From NCBI GenBank assembly GCA_963749075.1, contig CAVVLJ010000021.1:608001-672000 (forward strand): a DNA stretch of 64,000 nucleotides, given 5' to 3'. The notes below the pieces were generated by a model. It saw only the letters and a list, made by a program, of their open reading frames with translations, made no database searches and was not told the DNA's origin. Numbering within the stretch: position 1 is the stretch's first letter; the number at the start of each line of letters is the position of its first letter. Shown in pieces: positions 25,293 through 35,659 of the stretch. A program made the translations under genes and the position numbers. The DNA is from an uncultured Pseudomonadota bacterium (GTDB taxonomy: Bacteria; Pseudomonadota; Alphaproteobacteria; JACZXZ01).

Positions 25293-26750
25293 CTAATTGC
25301 TCGCCCGCTGGTTGAAGAGGGCGAGCCCGCGCAGCAGGTCGAGAGCGCGCGAGAGCTGGTAGTCCTGGTTCTCGACCGCCTTGTCGCTGTCGGCCTCCGT
25401 GGCGGGAGCGGCATGACCCGGGGCAGCAGCCGAGGGGGCAGCGGCACCATGGGCGGCAGTCCCAGGGGCCGCAGCGCCGGGGGCGGCAGCAGCCGGTGCC
25501 GCGGCACCGGGGGCGGCGGGTGCCGCCTTGCTCTCGGGAGCCGTCGCCTTGTTGGCCTTGTCCGGCGAGGCCGGCTGCTCGTCGGGGTTCGGCAAGGCGC
25601 CCTTGAGCTCGCGCTCGCTGGGGAACTCGGGCTGGGCGATCTGCTCGATCTTGGCCTGCTCGACCGCGATGTCCGGCTCGATGCCGCGCGCCTGGATCGA
25701 GCGCCCGGAGGGCGTGTAGTAGCGCGCGGTGGTGAGCCGCATGGCGCCGTGGGTGCCGAGCGGCACGATGGTCTGCACCGAGCCCTTGCCGAAGGAGCGC
25801 GTGCCGAGCAGCACGCCGCGATGGTGGTCCTGCAGCGCTCCGGCCACGATCTCCGAGGCGGAGGCGGAGCCGCCGTTGATCAGCACCACCATGGGCACGC
25901 CCGCCGCGAGGTCATGGCCGTGCGAATTGAAGCGCTGCACGTCCTCGGGGCGGCGCCCGCGGGTGGAGACGATCTCGCCGCGGTCGAGGAAATCGTCGGA
26001 CACCGCGACCGCCTGGTCGAGGAGCCCGCCCGGATTGTTGCGCAGGTCGAGGACGACGCCGGCGAGGTTCTTGCCGAGCTTGTCCTTGAACTTGGCCATC
26101 GCGGCCTTGACGCCGTCGTCGGTCTGCTCGCTGAAGGAGGAGATGCGGATGTAGCCGACGTTATCGAAGATCTGCGAGCGCACCGACTGGATCTTGATGG
26201 TGGCGCGCTTGAGCGTCACCTCGAAGGGCTGCTCCTTGCCGCGCCGGATGGTGAGCTTGATGGGAGAGTTCACCGGCCCGCGCATCTTCTCGACGGCATC
26301 CTCGAGCGTCATGCCGAGGACGGGCTCGTTGTCGAGCTGGACGATGAGGTCGCCCGGCTTGAGGCCGGCCTGGGCCGCCGGGGTGTCGTCGATCGGCGAG
26401 ACGACCTTCACGAGGCCGTTCTCCATGGTGACCTCGATGCCGAGCCCGCCGAACTCGCCGCGCGTCTGGATCTGCATGTCGCGGAAGCTCTTCGCGTTCA
26501 TGTAGCCGGAGTGCGGGTCGAGCGAGGTCAGCATGCCGTTGACGGCGGCCTCGATCAATTTGTCGTCATCGACGGGCTCGACGTAATCCTCCTTGACCTT
26601 CGAGAATACGTCGCCGAACAGGCTCAAGGCCCGATAGGTGTCGGCGCTGTTGCCTGCGGACTCGGTGCCGGCGTTCTGCGCCGAGCCCACGTCCCGGGAG
26701 AGAAGGAGGACGGCCGCCACGGCCGCCGCCGTCATGATGTGACGCATCAT
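25293..26750 (-). CDS. ctpA: S41 C-terminal processing protease
   Basis: LDPHS, PDZ GLGI, DLRNNPGG, SASASEI and FGKGSVQ motifs. Confidence 0.95.
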   Translation of the reverse strand: MMRHIMTAAAVAAVLLLSRDVGSAQNAGTESAGNSADTYRALSLFGDVFSKVKEDYVEPVDDDKLIEAAVNGMLTSLDPHSGYMNAKSFRDMQIQTRGEFGGLGIEVTMENGLVKVVSPIDDTPAAQAGLKPGDLIVQLDNEPVLGMTLEDAVEKMRGPVNSPIKLTIRRGKEQPFEVTLKRATIKIQSVRSQIFDNVGYIRISSFSEQTDDGVKAAMAKFKDKLGKNLAGVVLDLRNNPGGLLDQAVAVSDDFLDRGEIVSTRGRRPEDVQRFNSHGHDLAAGVPMVVLINGGSASASEIVAGALQDHHRGVLLGTRSFGKGSVQTIVPLGTHGAMRLTTARYYTPSGRSIQARGIEPDIAVEQAKIEQIAQPEFPSERELKGALPNPDEQPASPDKANKATAPESKAAPAAPGAAAPAAAAPGAAAPGTAAHGAAAPSAAAPGHAAPATEADSDKAVENQDYQLSRALDLLRGLALFNQRASN

Positions 26751-28078
26751 CCGCTTACCTTACCTTTGTGAAGTGCCAGCCACGGCAATGGGTTGATCGG
26801 CCGGCCGTTACGCCGCAACTCGATGTAAAGCTCGGGCTCGCCCGTCTCCTGCGGCCCCATCACGCCTACCGGCTCGCCTGCCAGCACCCATTGGCCGGCA
26901 ACGGCGTCAACCCGCGACATGCCCGCGAGCAGGGTATGATAGCCCTCGCTGTGCTCGATGATCAAGATTTGCCCGTAGCCGCGGAAAGCGCCGGCGAAGG
27001 CGACCTGACCGTCGTAGGGGGCCACGACCTCGGCCGCGGGGCGGGTCCTGATCGTAATACCCTTGCTGGTGCCGCCATAGGCGTCGGGCTCTCCGAACTG
27101 CTTTGCGATCTCGCCGCGCGCGGGCAGCGTCAAGCGGCCCTCGGCCGCGCTCATCGGGCGGATCGCCGTGGGAGCGCCCGGCGGCAGCGCTGCGAGCGCC
27201 TCGCCCTCGCCCGGGGCCTTAGGCGCTGCCTCGGCCGGCCCTTGCGGCTTCGGGTGGGCGAGCGCCTCGCGCGCCTTCTCCTCGGCTTCGAGGCGGGCCT
27301 TGCGCTCGGCCTCGAGGCGGGCCTTTTCCGCTGCCTCGAGGCGCGCTTTCTCCTCCGCCTCGATGCGCGCCATGAGATCGCGCAAATCCTTGGCCTCGGC
27401 GGCGAGCTTCACCACCCGGTCCTCGGCACCTTGGCGCTCCTTCTCGACGCCGAGGTAGAGCTCGCTCTTGCGCGCGAAGAGGGCGGCCAGGCGCTCATGG
27501 TCGCCCGTGAGCCTGCGCTCCGCCGCGGCCGCCGCCCGGCGCTCGGCCGCGATCTGCTTTTGCAGCGTGCGCAGCGCCTCGAGATCGGCGCGCAGCTTGC
27601 CCGCGCGCGCCTCGATCGCCGGCACCGCGGCGCGCAGCAGGAGGGCGCTCCGCAGCGTGTCGACCGGGCTCTCCGGCAAGGCGACGAGCGCCTCGGGGGG
27701 ATAGAGCGCCAGCCGCTCGAGCGTGCCGAGCGTCAGCGCCAGGCGCCCGCGCTCGCCGGTGAGCGCCCGGCTCTTCTCCGCCTCGGCGGTGCCGAGTGCG
27801 GCGAGCCTGCCCTCGAGCTCGCTGAGCTGATCCTCCTCGTCCTGCGTCGCCTTGGCCGCCGCGATCATGTTGCGCTGTACGTCCTCGAGCTCGCCGGCGA
27901 GCGCTGCCGAGCGCTTGCCGAGGTCGAGGGCGCGCGCCTTGTCCGCTTCGAGCGCGCGCTCCACGTTCTGCAGCGCCTCGGCGGGAGGCCTGCCGCCGGG
28001 CTCGCCGGCGGCGGCAGGCCCGGCCAGGAGCAGCATGGCCGCGAGCACGAAGACTGCGGCCGGCTCACGCGGAGGCAC
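26747..28078 (-). CDS. envC: Murein hydrolase activator EnvC family (coiled coil plus degenerate M23)
   Basis: Signal peptide, long coiled coil, AGAFRGYGQILIIEH...LYIELRRNG.PINPLPW; gpmI-envC-ctpA synteny. Confidence 0.88.
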   Translation of the reverse strand: MPPREPAAVFVLAAMLLLAGPAAAGEPGGRPPAEALQNVERALEADKARALDLGKRSAALAGELEDVQRNMIAAAKATQDEEDQLSELEGRLAALGTAEAEKSRALTGERGRLALTLGTLERLALYPPEALVALPESPVDTLRSALLLRAAVPAIEARAGKLRADLEALRTLQKQIAAERRAAAAAERRLTGDHERLAALFARKSELYLGVEKERQGAEDRVVKLAAEAKDLRDLMARIEAEEKARLEAAEKARLEAERKARLEAEEKAREALAHPKPQGPAEAAPKAPGEGEALAALPPGAPTAIRPMSAAEGRLTLPARGEIAKQFGEPDAYGGTSKGITIRTRPAAEVVAPYDGQVAFAGAFRGYGQILIIEHSEGYHTLLAGMSRVDAVAGQWVLAGEPVGVMGPQETGEPELYIELRRNGRPINPLPWLALHKGKVSG

Positions 28079-29648
28079 GCTCGTCTTCTGTCGTGAGGCT
28101 GGGCGCGCGCGCGGCGATGAGCGTATGCCCGGTCATGGCCGCCGGCTGCGGCAGGCCCATGATCGCGAGGATGGTCGGCGCCACGTCGGCGAGCCGTCCG
28201 TGCGCCAGCTGCTGCGCCCAGCTGGGGCCGTTCACCAGGACGAGCGGCACCGGGTTCGTGGTATGGGCGGTATGCGGCTGGCCGGACTTGGGATCGCGCA
28301 TCTCCTCGAGGTTGCCGTGATCCGCCGTGATGAGCAGGACGCCGCCCGCGCGCACGACCGCCGCCTCGAGCCGGCCCAGGCAACGGTCGACCGTCTCGGC
28401 TGCCTTGACCGCGGCGGCGAGGATGCCGGTATGGCCCACCATGTCGCCGTTGGCATAGTTCACCACGATGAGGTCGAAGCGGCCGCCGTCGATCGCCGCC
28501 ACCAGGCGGTCGGTCAGCTCGTCCGCCGACATCTCCGGCTTGAGGTCGTAAGTCGCGACCTTGGGCGAGGGCACCATGATGCGCTCCTCGCCGGGGAAGA
28601 GCCTCTCCTCGCCGCCGTTGAAGAAGAAGGTGACGTGCGCGTATTTCTCCGTCTCGGCGATGCGCAGCTGGCGCAGTCCCGCCCTGGCGATGACCTCGCC
28701 CAAGGTGTCGGAGAGATCCTGGGGCGGGAAGAGCGCCGGGAGGTAGCGGTCGAGTGCCGCCGAATAGGAGACCAGGCCGAGCGCTGCCGCGAAGGCGGGG
28801 CGCTCTTTGCGCGGGAAGCCGTCGAAGGCCGGATCGAGGAGTGCTGTGAGCAGCTGGCGCACGCGGTCGGCGCGGAAGTTTCCCATGAGGAGGCCGTCGC
28901 CCTCGGCGATGCCGCGGTAGCCGCCGAGCACGCTCGGCTTGACGAACTCGTCCGTCTCGCCGCGCGCATAGGCGGCCTCGATGGCGCCTCGCGCGTCCGC
29001 GGCGGGCACGCCCTCGCCTGCTGTGAGCGCGTCGTAGGCGAGCGCGATGCGCTCCCAGCGCTTGTCGCGGTCCATCGCGTAATAGCGCCCGCCGATGGTG
29101 CCGAAGCGCACGCCCTCGGTGCCGCGCAAGCTCTCCTCGAAGCGCTCGAGGAAGCCGAGGGCGCTCTTGGGCGGCGTGTCGCGCCCGTCGAGGAAGCCGT
29201 GCACCACGACCGCAATGCCGGCCCCGGCGAGGGTGCGGGCGAGGAAGGCGAGCTGGTCCTGGTGGGAATGCACGCCGCCCGGCGAGAGGAGGCCCATGAG
29301 ATGGGCCCGTCCCTTGCTCGCCTTGAGCTTGGCGATGAAGTCCCGGAGAAGCGCCAGCCCGGCAAGCGAGCCGTCGGCGATCGCGGCATCGATGCGCGGC
29401 AGGTCCTGCGTCACCACGCGGCCAGCGCCGAGGTTCATATGGCCGACCTCGGAATTGCCCATCTGCCCCGCGGGCAGGCCGACCTCGTGGGCCGAGGCGT
29501 CGAGCAGCGCATGCGGGCACTCGGCCACGAGCCGCCGCCACACCGGCATGCGGGCCTGGCAGATCGCGTTGTCCTCGCTGCTCCGGCGATAGCCCCAGCC
29601 GTCCAGCACAGAGAGGACGACGGGGCGGGGTCGGCGAGCCTCGGTCAT
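28065..29648 (-). CDS. gpmI: 2,3-bisphosphoglycerate-independent phosphoglycerate mutase
   Basis: LDGWG, MGNSEVGH, AETEKYAHVTFFFNGG, DMVGHTG and TADHGN motifs. Confidence 0.98.
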   Translation of the reverse strand: MTEARRPRPVVLSVLDGWGYRRSSEDNAICQARMPVWRRLVAECPHALLDASAHEVGLPAGQMGNSEVGHMNLGAGRVVTQDLPRIDAAIADGSLAGLALLRDFIAKLKASKGRAHLMGLLSPGGVHSHQDQLAFLARTLAGAGIAVVVHGFLDGRDTPPKSALGFLERFEESLRGTEGVRFGTIGGRYYAMDRDKRWERIALAYDALTAGEGVPAADARGAIEAAYARGETDEFVKPSVLGGYRGIAEGDGLLMGNFRADRVRQLLTALLDPAFDGFPRKERPAFAAALGLVSYSAALDRYLPALFPPQDLSDTLGEVIARAGLRQLRIAETEKYAHVTFFFNGGEERLFPGEERIMVPSPKVATYDLKPEMSADELTDRLVAAIDGGRFDLIVVNYANGDMVGHTGILAAAVKAAETVDRCLGRLEAAVVRAGGVLLITADHGNLEEMRDPKSGQPHTAHTTNPVPLVLVNGPSWAQQLAHGRLADVAPTILAIMGLPQPAAMTGHTLIAARAPSLTTEDERASA

Positions 29649-29698
29649 GGGCTTTATATAGGCCAAGGACGTGCCGGCGAACAGGGCTTTGCAGCCGC

Positions 29699-31210
29699 TC
29701 AGGCCCGCCTCACGCGATCGAGCCCCGCACGCAGCCGCGCGCGCAGCCTCAGCCACGCGACGGCGAGGCGGGTGCCGCGCGGGAGGCTTCCGCCGTGCCG
29801 CCTCGGCGAGGCGCCAAAGGGGAAAGCGGGCACGCGGCCCGCTTGCGGCACGCCGCCGGCCGCGAGCTCGATCGCGAGGACCTTCGCCTGCAGATCATCG
29901 AGGCTCATGGCGTGCGGGAAGGCGGCCAGCCCGCGCTCGCCCAACGCGGCTGCGTCGACGGCGCCCGCGGCGAGCGGCAGTGCCACGAAGCGCCGCTTGT
30001 AGGCGATGAGGTTGTAGCCGAGATAGTTCTGCTTCACGAGCACGGGGGCGTTCCCCGCGTCCGCCGGCCACAGCTCGAGCGGGCGGCGGCGGAACTCGTC
30101 CCGGCGCCGCGGCATCGCGGCCTCGGTATCGCCGGCGCGCGGGACGTAGCCAAGCTCGTCGAGATAATCCTTGGGCAAGCGCTCGAGCGCTGCCCACGCG
30201 GCAGCGCTCAAGACGGAGCGATAGGCGCCGATCCTGCCCTCGCGGAAGGTCGGGCTCCGGGGATTGAAGATGCGCTTGCCGATCGCAGCCGGATCGCCGG
30301 GAATCTGCAGCTTGAGCAGCAGCGACCAGATGAGCTGCCGCTGCAGCCTGTCGCTGCCGCCTCCTGCCTCGCCGACCAGCTCCTCGAAGGCGACGGGGAT
30401 CACGTTTCCGAAGCTGAGCCACGGAACGAAGCGGCCAACGCGGTCGCGCAAGCTGCCGAGCAGCCAAGGATCGTCGATCAGGCGGAGGAGCCTCTCCTCC
30501 GGGCTCAGCCCGGCGAGATAGCCGGCGAAGGGACTGTTGCCCGGCTCGTGGTAATAGCCGGCTTCCGAGACGACGATGTCGTAGGGGTTGCGGTAGATGA
30601 AAAGCGCCGGCGTCCGCATGAAGGGGTGGAGGCGATTGCCGTGCGGCTGGCGCCTGACGCTGTCGACGAAGAAATCGGGCGCCGCGGTGTGTGCGTTGCT
30701 GTACTCGACATAGTACCAGAAGCCCGGCTCCGGCTGGTCCGGGGGCGTGAAGCCGTCGCGATAGCCCAACGCCCGCACGAGCTCCAACAGCAGGTGGGTG
30801 CCCGCTTTCGGAATGGCGATGACGAAGAGCGGCCGCGCCAGGCCGTACGCCTCCGTGAGCGGCGCCACGATCCGCGTGCCGTCGCGATCGACGTAGCCGA
30901 GGAGCTGCCGCGCGAGCGTCCGCGGAGCGGTCTCGCACATGATGATCGTGGCATGACGCCCGCTCGCAGGGTCCGCGGCTTCGTCGGCGATGGCGAGCCG
31001 GCCGCCATGGGCACTTGCCGGCACCAGTTCGGCCACCCGTTGCGCGAGTGTCCCCGCCGGCTCGAGCCGCACCCTGCGGCCCCGCCTCAGCTCGTCGCGT
31101 ACCGCCGCCGCAAGGCTCTCCGGGTGCCCGGGGACGAAGCGGAGCTCCCCGCTCGCTTCCGAGCTGCCCGGCCAACGAGCCCTTGCCGGCGCCATCTCCC
31201 CGTTCGCCAT
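29699..31210 (-). CDS. Sulfotransferase-domain protein
   Basis: IPKAGTHLL (5'-PSB), YRNPYDIVVS (3'-PB), FEELV and TFREGRIG motifs; start uncertain. Confidence 0.75.
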   Translation of the reverse strand: MANGEMAPARARWPGSSEASGELRFVPGHPESLAAAVRDELRRGRRVRLEPAGTLAQRVAELVPASAHGGRLAIADEAADPASGRHATIIMCETAPRTLARQLLGYVDRDGTRIVAPLTEAYGLARPLFVIAIPKAGTHLLLELVRALGYRDGFTPPDQPEPGFWYYVEYSNAHTAAPDFFVDSVRRQPHGNRLHPFMRTPALFIYRNPYDIVVSEAGYYHEPGNSPFAGYLAGLSPEERLLRLIDDPWLLGSLRDRVGRFVPWLSFGNVIPVAFEELVGEAGGGSDRLQRQLIWSLLLKLQIPGDPAAIGKRIFNPRSPTFREGRIGAYRSVLSAAAWAALERLPKDYLDELGYVPRAGDTEAAMPRRRDEFRRRPLELWPADAGNAPVLVKQNYLGYNLIAYKRRFVALPLAAGAVDAAALGERGLAAFPHAMSLDDLQAKVLAIELAAGGVPQAGRVPAFPFGASPRRHGGSLPRGTRLAVAWLRLRARLRAGLDRVRRA

Positions 31211-31372
31211 GCCCAACCCTTGCGCAGGCTCCGCCGCCTCGCGTCCCGGCGGCCGCCGCTCGCGATGACGCGCCGCGCTCTCTGGCATCAGACCACACGA
31301 CGTTCAAGGAGGTACTACGGTCGGCTGAGCGACTTCCTTCGCTCTTCCCTCGCGGGAGGGCGGCAGCGGCTC

Positions 31373-31831
31373 TCAACCACGGTGATAGGGGTGCCCCGCG
31401 AGGATGGTCTCCGCGCGGTAAAGCTGCTCGGCCAGGAGCCCGCGCACGAGGAGGTGAGGCCAGGTGACCCGGCCGAGGGAGAGCACGAGGTCGGCGCGCG
31501 CGAGCACGGCGTCGGCCAAGCCGTGAGCACCGCCGATGGCGAAGGCGAGCTCGCTCACGCCGCCATCACGCCAGGCGGCGAGCTGCGCTGCAAAACCCTC
31601 GCTCGTCAGGAGCTCGCCCCGCCCGTCGAGGGCCGCGAGCTTGGCGCCGGCCGGTATGGCGGCGAGCAGCGCCTCGCCTTCCTTGGCCTTGGCCTCCGCC
31701 GGCGCCATGGCGGAATGCTGTGCCAACTCCTTGAGCCGCAAGGGCCAGGAGAGGCGGCGCGCGTAATGCTCGTAGAGTTGGCACTCGACGCCGCCGCGCG
31801 CTCGGCCCACCGCGGCCACAAGGATTCGCAT
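31373..31831 (-). CDS. rlmH: 23S rRNA pseudouridine-1915 N3-methyltransferase
   Basis: AFAIGGAHG and TWPHLLVRGLLAEQLYRA.TILAGHPYHR motifs. Confidence 0.97.
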   Translation of the reverse strand: MRILVAAVGRARGGVECQLYEHYARRLSWPLRLKELAQHSAMAPAEAKAKEGEALLAAIPAGAKLAALDGRGELLTSEGFAAQLAAWRDGGVSELAFAIGGAHGLADAVLARADLVLSLGRVTWPHLLVRGLLAEQLYRAETILAGHPYHRG

Positions 31832-31877
31832 GGCACCTCGGATGCGGGCGGCGGCCGCGCGGCCGGCACCGTCATGC

Positions 31878-32264
31878 TCAGGCGATCAGCTCTGCGGCAT
31901 GCTCGGAGCCGGGGAACGCGCGCCCCCACATCTTTTCCAGCCTGTAGAGTGCCCTGATCTCGGGGCGGAAGAGGTGGACGATCACATCTCCGGCGTCGAT
32001 CAGCAGCCAATCGCCTTGGCTCTTGCCCTCGACATGCGCCGTCCGGATTCCCGCGGCCTTGAGCTTCTCCATGAGATGCTCGGCCATTGCGCCCACCTGC
32101 CGCTGCGAGGTCCCGCTTGCGATCATCATGTAGTCGGCGATCGTCGATTTGTGCTCCAGGCTGATGATCACCGGGTCGATCGCCTTGTCGTCCTCGAGCG
32201 AGCGCTCGATCAGTCGGCAAAGCGCCTCAGCGGGGGTGGACGGCTTTCTCTGGCGTCTCGCTAT
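31878..32264 (-). CDS. rsfS: Ribosome silencing factor
   Basis: SLEDDKA, IADYMMIASGTSQRQV and WLLIDAGDVIVHLFRPEIR.LY.LEKMW motifs; proposed ATA start. Confidence 0.93.
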   Translation of the reverse strand: MARRQRKPSTPAEALCRLIERSLEDDKAIDPVIISLEHKSTIADYMMIASGTSQRQVGAMAEHLMEKLKAAGIRTAHVEGKSQGDWLLIDAGDVIVHLFRPEIRALYRLEKMWGRAFPGSEHAAELIA

Positions 32265-32916
32265 GGTTGCCCTCTCCTTTGTTTTGCTCCGCGTGCCTGC
32301 CGCCGCGCCGCGCCCGGATGGCGCTTGCCGAGGCCTTGTGCAGGGGGATGCGGAGAAACACCCATGCAGGCGGCCTGAGCTCGCCGATCCGCTTGGCCCG
32401 GTGCTGCCGCACGCGGAAGGGTGCGTAACGGCGCGCGGCCTTTCCAGCCAACGCCTTGAAAGAATAGGAAGGTCGGTCGAAAACTGCAATGGACAGTTCC
32501 GTGAAGATTTTCGCCCAGCGCTGCCAGCTTGGGATCTGCGCCAGGTTGTCCGCTCCCATCAGCCAGACGAAGCGATGCCGCGGAAAGCGCCGCTTCAAGA
32601 CCGCGACCGTGTCGGCGGTGTAGCGCGTGCCGAGCAGCTCCTCGATGCCGCTCACCTTGATGCGGGGGTGGCGGACGGCCGCGCGGGCGGCCTTGAGGCG
32701 CGCCCTGAAGGGCGCCATGCCGAGGCGCGGCTTGAGCGGGTTCTGGGGCGAGACGAGCCACCAAATCTCGTCCAGATTCAATAGCTTGAGCGCAAAGAGG
32801 CTGATGTGGAGGTGGCCGGCGTGGGCGGGATTGAAGGAGCCGCCCAGGAGGCCGATCCGGCGCCGCCTGCGCGCGGCTTGGGCCGGCTGCCTCACCCCTC
32901 GGGCCTCTCGCGCCAT
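32227..32916 (-). CDS. nadD: Nicotinate-nucleotide adenylyltransferase
   Basis: GLLGGSFNPAHAGH, WWLVSPQNPLK and WLMGADNL motifs. Confidence 0.96.
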   Translation of the reverse strand: MAREARGVRQPAQAARRRRRIGLLGGSFNPAHAGHLHISLFALKLLNLDEIWWLVSPQNPLKPRLGMAPFRARLKAARAAVRHPRIKVSGIEELLGTRYTADTVAVLKRRFPRHRFVWLMGADNLAQIPSWQRWAKIFTELSIAVFDRPSYSFKALAGKAARRYAPFRVRQHRAKRIGELRPPAWVFLRIPLHKASASAIRARRGGRHAEQNKGEGNHSETPEKAVHPR

Positions 32917-32924
32917 TGCCGCTC

Positions 32925-34208
32925 TCAGGGCCTGAGCTGTCCCTTGCCGCGGACCAGGTATTTGAAGCTGGTGAGCTGCTCGGCGCCGACCGGCCCGCGC
33001 GCGTGGAGCCTGCCCGTGGCGATGCCGATCTCGGCACCCATGCCGAACTCGCCGCCGTCCGCGAACTGGGTCGAGGCGTTGTGCAGCACGATGGCGCTGT
33101 CGACCTCCTTGAGGAAGCGCTCCGCGGCGGCCGGGTCCGCGCTCACGATGGCGTCCGTGTGGTGCGAGCCGTAGCGGTTGACGTGGTCGATGGCCGCCTC
33201 CAGGCCGCCCACCACCTTGATCGAGAGGACGGCATCGAGATACTCGGCCGACCAGTCGGCCTCGCTCGCCGGGGTGATGCGCGCGTCGGCCTCTCGCGCC
33301 TCCGCGTCGCCGCGGAGCGCGCAGCCGGCCGCGATCAGCGCCGCGGCGATGACCGGGAGATGGCTGCCTACGACCGCGCGGTCGATCACCAGGCTCTCGG
33401 CGGCGCCGCACACGCCTGTGCGGCGCATCTTCGAGTTGAGCACGACCCGCCGCGCCATCTCGAGCTCGGCTGCCGCGTGCACATAGACGTGGCAGTTGCC
33501 CTCGAGGTGGGCGAGCACGGGGATGCGGCTCTCGCGCTGCACGCGCTCGATGAGCGACTTGCCGCCGCGCGGCACGATCACGTCGATGAGCCCGCTCATG
33601 GCGAGCATCTCGCCGACCGCCTCGCGCGAGCGCGCGGGCACGAGCTGGATTGCCGCCTCGTCGATGCCGGCCGAGCGCAGCCCTTCGGCCAGGCATTCGG
33701 CGAGCGCCTGAGACGAATGGAAGCTCTCCGAGCCGCCGCGCAGGATTGCCGCATTGCCGGCCTTGAGGCAGAGCCCGCCCGCGTCCGCCGTCACGTTGGG
33801 CCGCGACTCGTAGATGATGCCGATGACGCCCAAGGGCACGCGCACGCGCTCGATGCGAAGGCCGTTGGGCCGTTGCCACGCCGCCATCACCTGGCCCACG
33901 GGATCGGGGAGGGCGGCGACACTCTCGAGCCCGGCGGCAACCGTCTCGATCCCCGCCTCGTCGAGGGCGAGCCTGTTGAGGAAGGCGGCACTCGCGTTGC
34001 GGCTCCCCGCCTCCGCAAGGTCGCGCGCGTTGGCCTCGAGAATCTTCGCCTTGCTGCGGCGCACGGCCGCGGCGGCGGCATTGAGCGCCTGCACCTTCCG
34101 CTCGGCCGGCGTGCGCGCGAGCTCGAGTGCGGCCGCGCGCGCCCGCGCGCCGAGCCCTTGCATGAGGGCATGGATGTCCCGACGCTCGATCGCCTCGACT
34201 GCGCTCAC
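32925..34208 (-). CDS. proA: Gamma-glutamyl phosphate reductase
   Basis: [16 protein letters not shown] and [20 protein letters not shown] motifs; GTG start at 34208. Confidence 0.97.
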   Translation of the reverse strand: MSAVEAIERRDIHALMQGLGARARAAALELARTPAERKVQALNAAAAAVRRSKAKILEANARDLAEAGSRNASAAFLNRLALDEAGIETVAAGLESVAALPDPVGQVMAAWQRPNGLRIERVRVPLGVIGIIYESRPNVTADAGGLCLKAGNAAILRGGSESFHSSQALAECLAEGLRSAGIDEAAIQLVPARSREAVGEMLAMSGLIDVIVPRGGKSLIERVQRESRIPVLAHLEGNCHVYVHAAAELEMARRVVLNSKMRRTGVCGAAESLVIDRAVVGSHLPVIAAALIAAGCALRGDAEAREADARITPASEADWSAEYLDAVLSIKVVGGLEAAIDHVNRYGSHHTDAIVSADPAAAERFLKEVDSAIVLHNASTQFADGGEFGMGAEIGIATGRLHARGPVGAEQLTSFKYLVRGKGQLRP

Positions 34209-34249
34209 GGCCTCGCTCCCTGCCCCCGCCCCCTCACGAGGGCGCCACA

Positions 34250-35642
34250 CTAGCCGGAATTTCCGCGAAATTCCAGGGGCTTGCGGCTTCGGCGGCGCGA
34301 TGCTCTCGCGCGCTCCCTCAGCAGTTGCGCAACGTCCTGCGTCCTGATGAGCGTGCTGCCCGCCTCTTCGATGGGCCAGTCGCGATATTTGATTGCGGCA
34401 AGCTCTTCGATGGCGTCGCGATGTTTGCGAGCCTGCCCGAGCCGGCCTTTGCCGTCGAGCCCATCCGCAGCGAAATGATCGTCCAATGCTTCGCGGCTGA
34501 TGGCGCAACGGACCGGATGGTTCCCAGCGAGGCCCGTGAAGACGGCAACGTCCCGCTCGAAGTCATAGTGCATGGCCGACGCATCGAACCGCAGCGCCAA
34601 GTCGGCAAGGATGTTGCGCGGCCGGCCAAGCGCCTTGAGCGTCACGTCCCGCACGGTCGGATCGACCATGTGCAGCCCATCGAGCAGCAGTTGCGTCCAT
34701 TTTCTGCCGCGCTCCAGGACCTCGCCCCAGGCGGCGCGGAGATCGCTCTCGCGCTGGTTGGCGAGAACACCAAGAAGCGCTTGCGCTTGAAGCAGATCCT
34801 TGTCGGCCTTGGCGTGGCCTCCTTGGCGGCGCCGAGAGACGATCAGCTTATGGAGGGCAAATCGCTCCGGCGCCGGGACAAGGGCGTAGACGCCGGGCCG
34901 GTGGAGGACGACGGCCGGCACCGGGTCGCGGATGAGGAAATCGAGAAAACGAAGCGGCAGCGCATCGGTCCCGAGCGCCTTGAGCTTCACCGGCGCGTCC
35001 CGCTCCGCATCTCGATTGGTCGCCAGGAAATCGACCCGCAGCCCCCTCGTTGCGTAAGTTGCCGTGCGGCGCGCTTCGTGCGCGTAGGGGAGAGGCCGAA
35101 ACGACGGATCTGCGCCGCGCAGGACGCCGAGCATATTCGGAATGGCATCTGCGACGGCGACGGAGATCGCGTAGTCTTGCGCGATGTCTACGTCTGCCGT
35201 CTGCACGGCGCCGACGGGCAGCCGCGCGCCAAGCATGGCCGAGTAGGTCTGAAAGGCGACCGTGCCGACCAGCACGGCACGGAGGCGGAAGACCCCGGCC
35301 TCGGCGAGTGCCGAGAGGACGGCGCCGGCGGCCGGATCGGGCCGTGGCAGATGGGCGGAGCGAACCAAAGCGGAAACCAGAAGTCTGGCGCTCGCGCAGA
35401 TCGTCGCGCACCTGCTTGTGGCGGGCGATCCGCTCCAGAAGCTCCCCGGTTTCCGCTCCGACGTAGCGCTGCTTGCGCGTGCCGTTCGCGCTCACTTGGA
35501 AATACCAGTAGCGCCGCCCTCGGATCGTCTTCGGCGTGAATACGCCCTCTTCGGCGAACGCCTGCTCGAACTCGGCGGCGGCACAGCGTTCGAGAAGCTC
35601 GGCGTAGGCCGTCCTCAGCGAGAGGGGGATTTCGGCAGCCAT
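34250..35642 (-). pseudogene. GSU2403-like nucleotidyltransferase-fold protein with C-terminal DUF1488-like domain, split by a 1-nt insertion
   Basis: N part (AYAELLE...RRYWYFQ...RYVG...RERQT) joins LVSALVRS...LVGTVAFQTY...TADVD...VPAPERFALHKL if one T at about 35381 is removed; C-terminal [14 protein letters not shown]. Confidence 0.75.
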
Positions 35643-35659
35643 GGAGCCCGTGCAAATAG

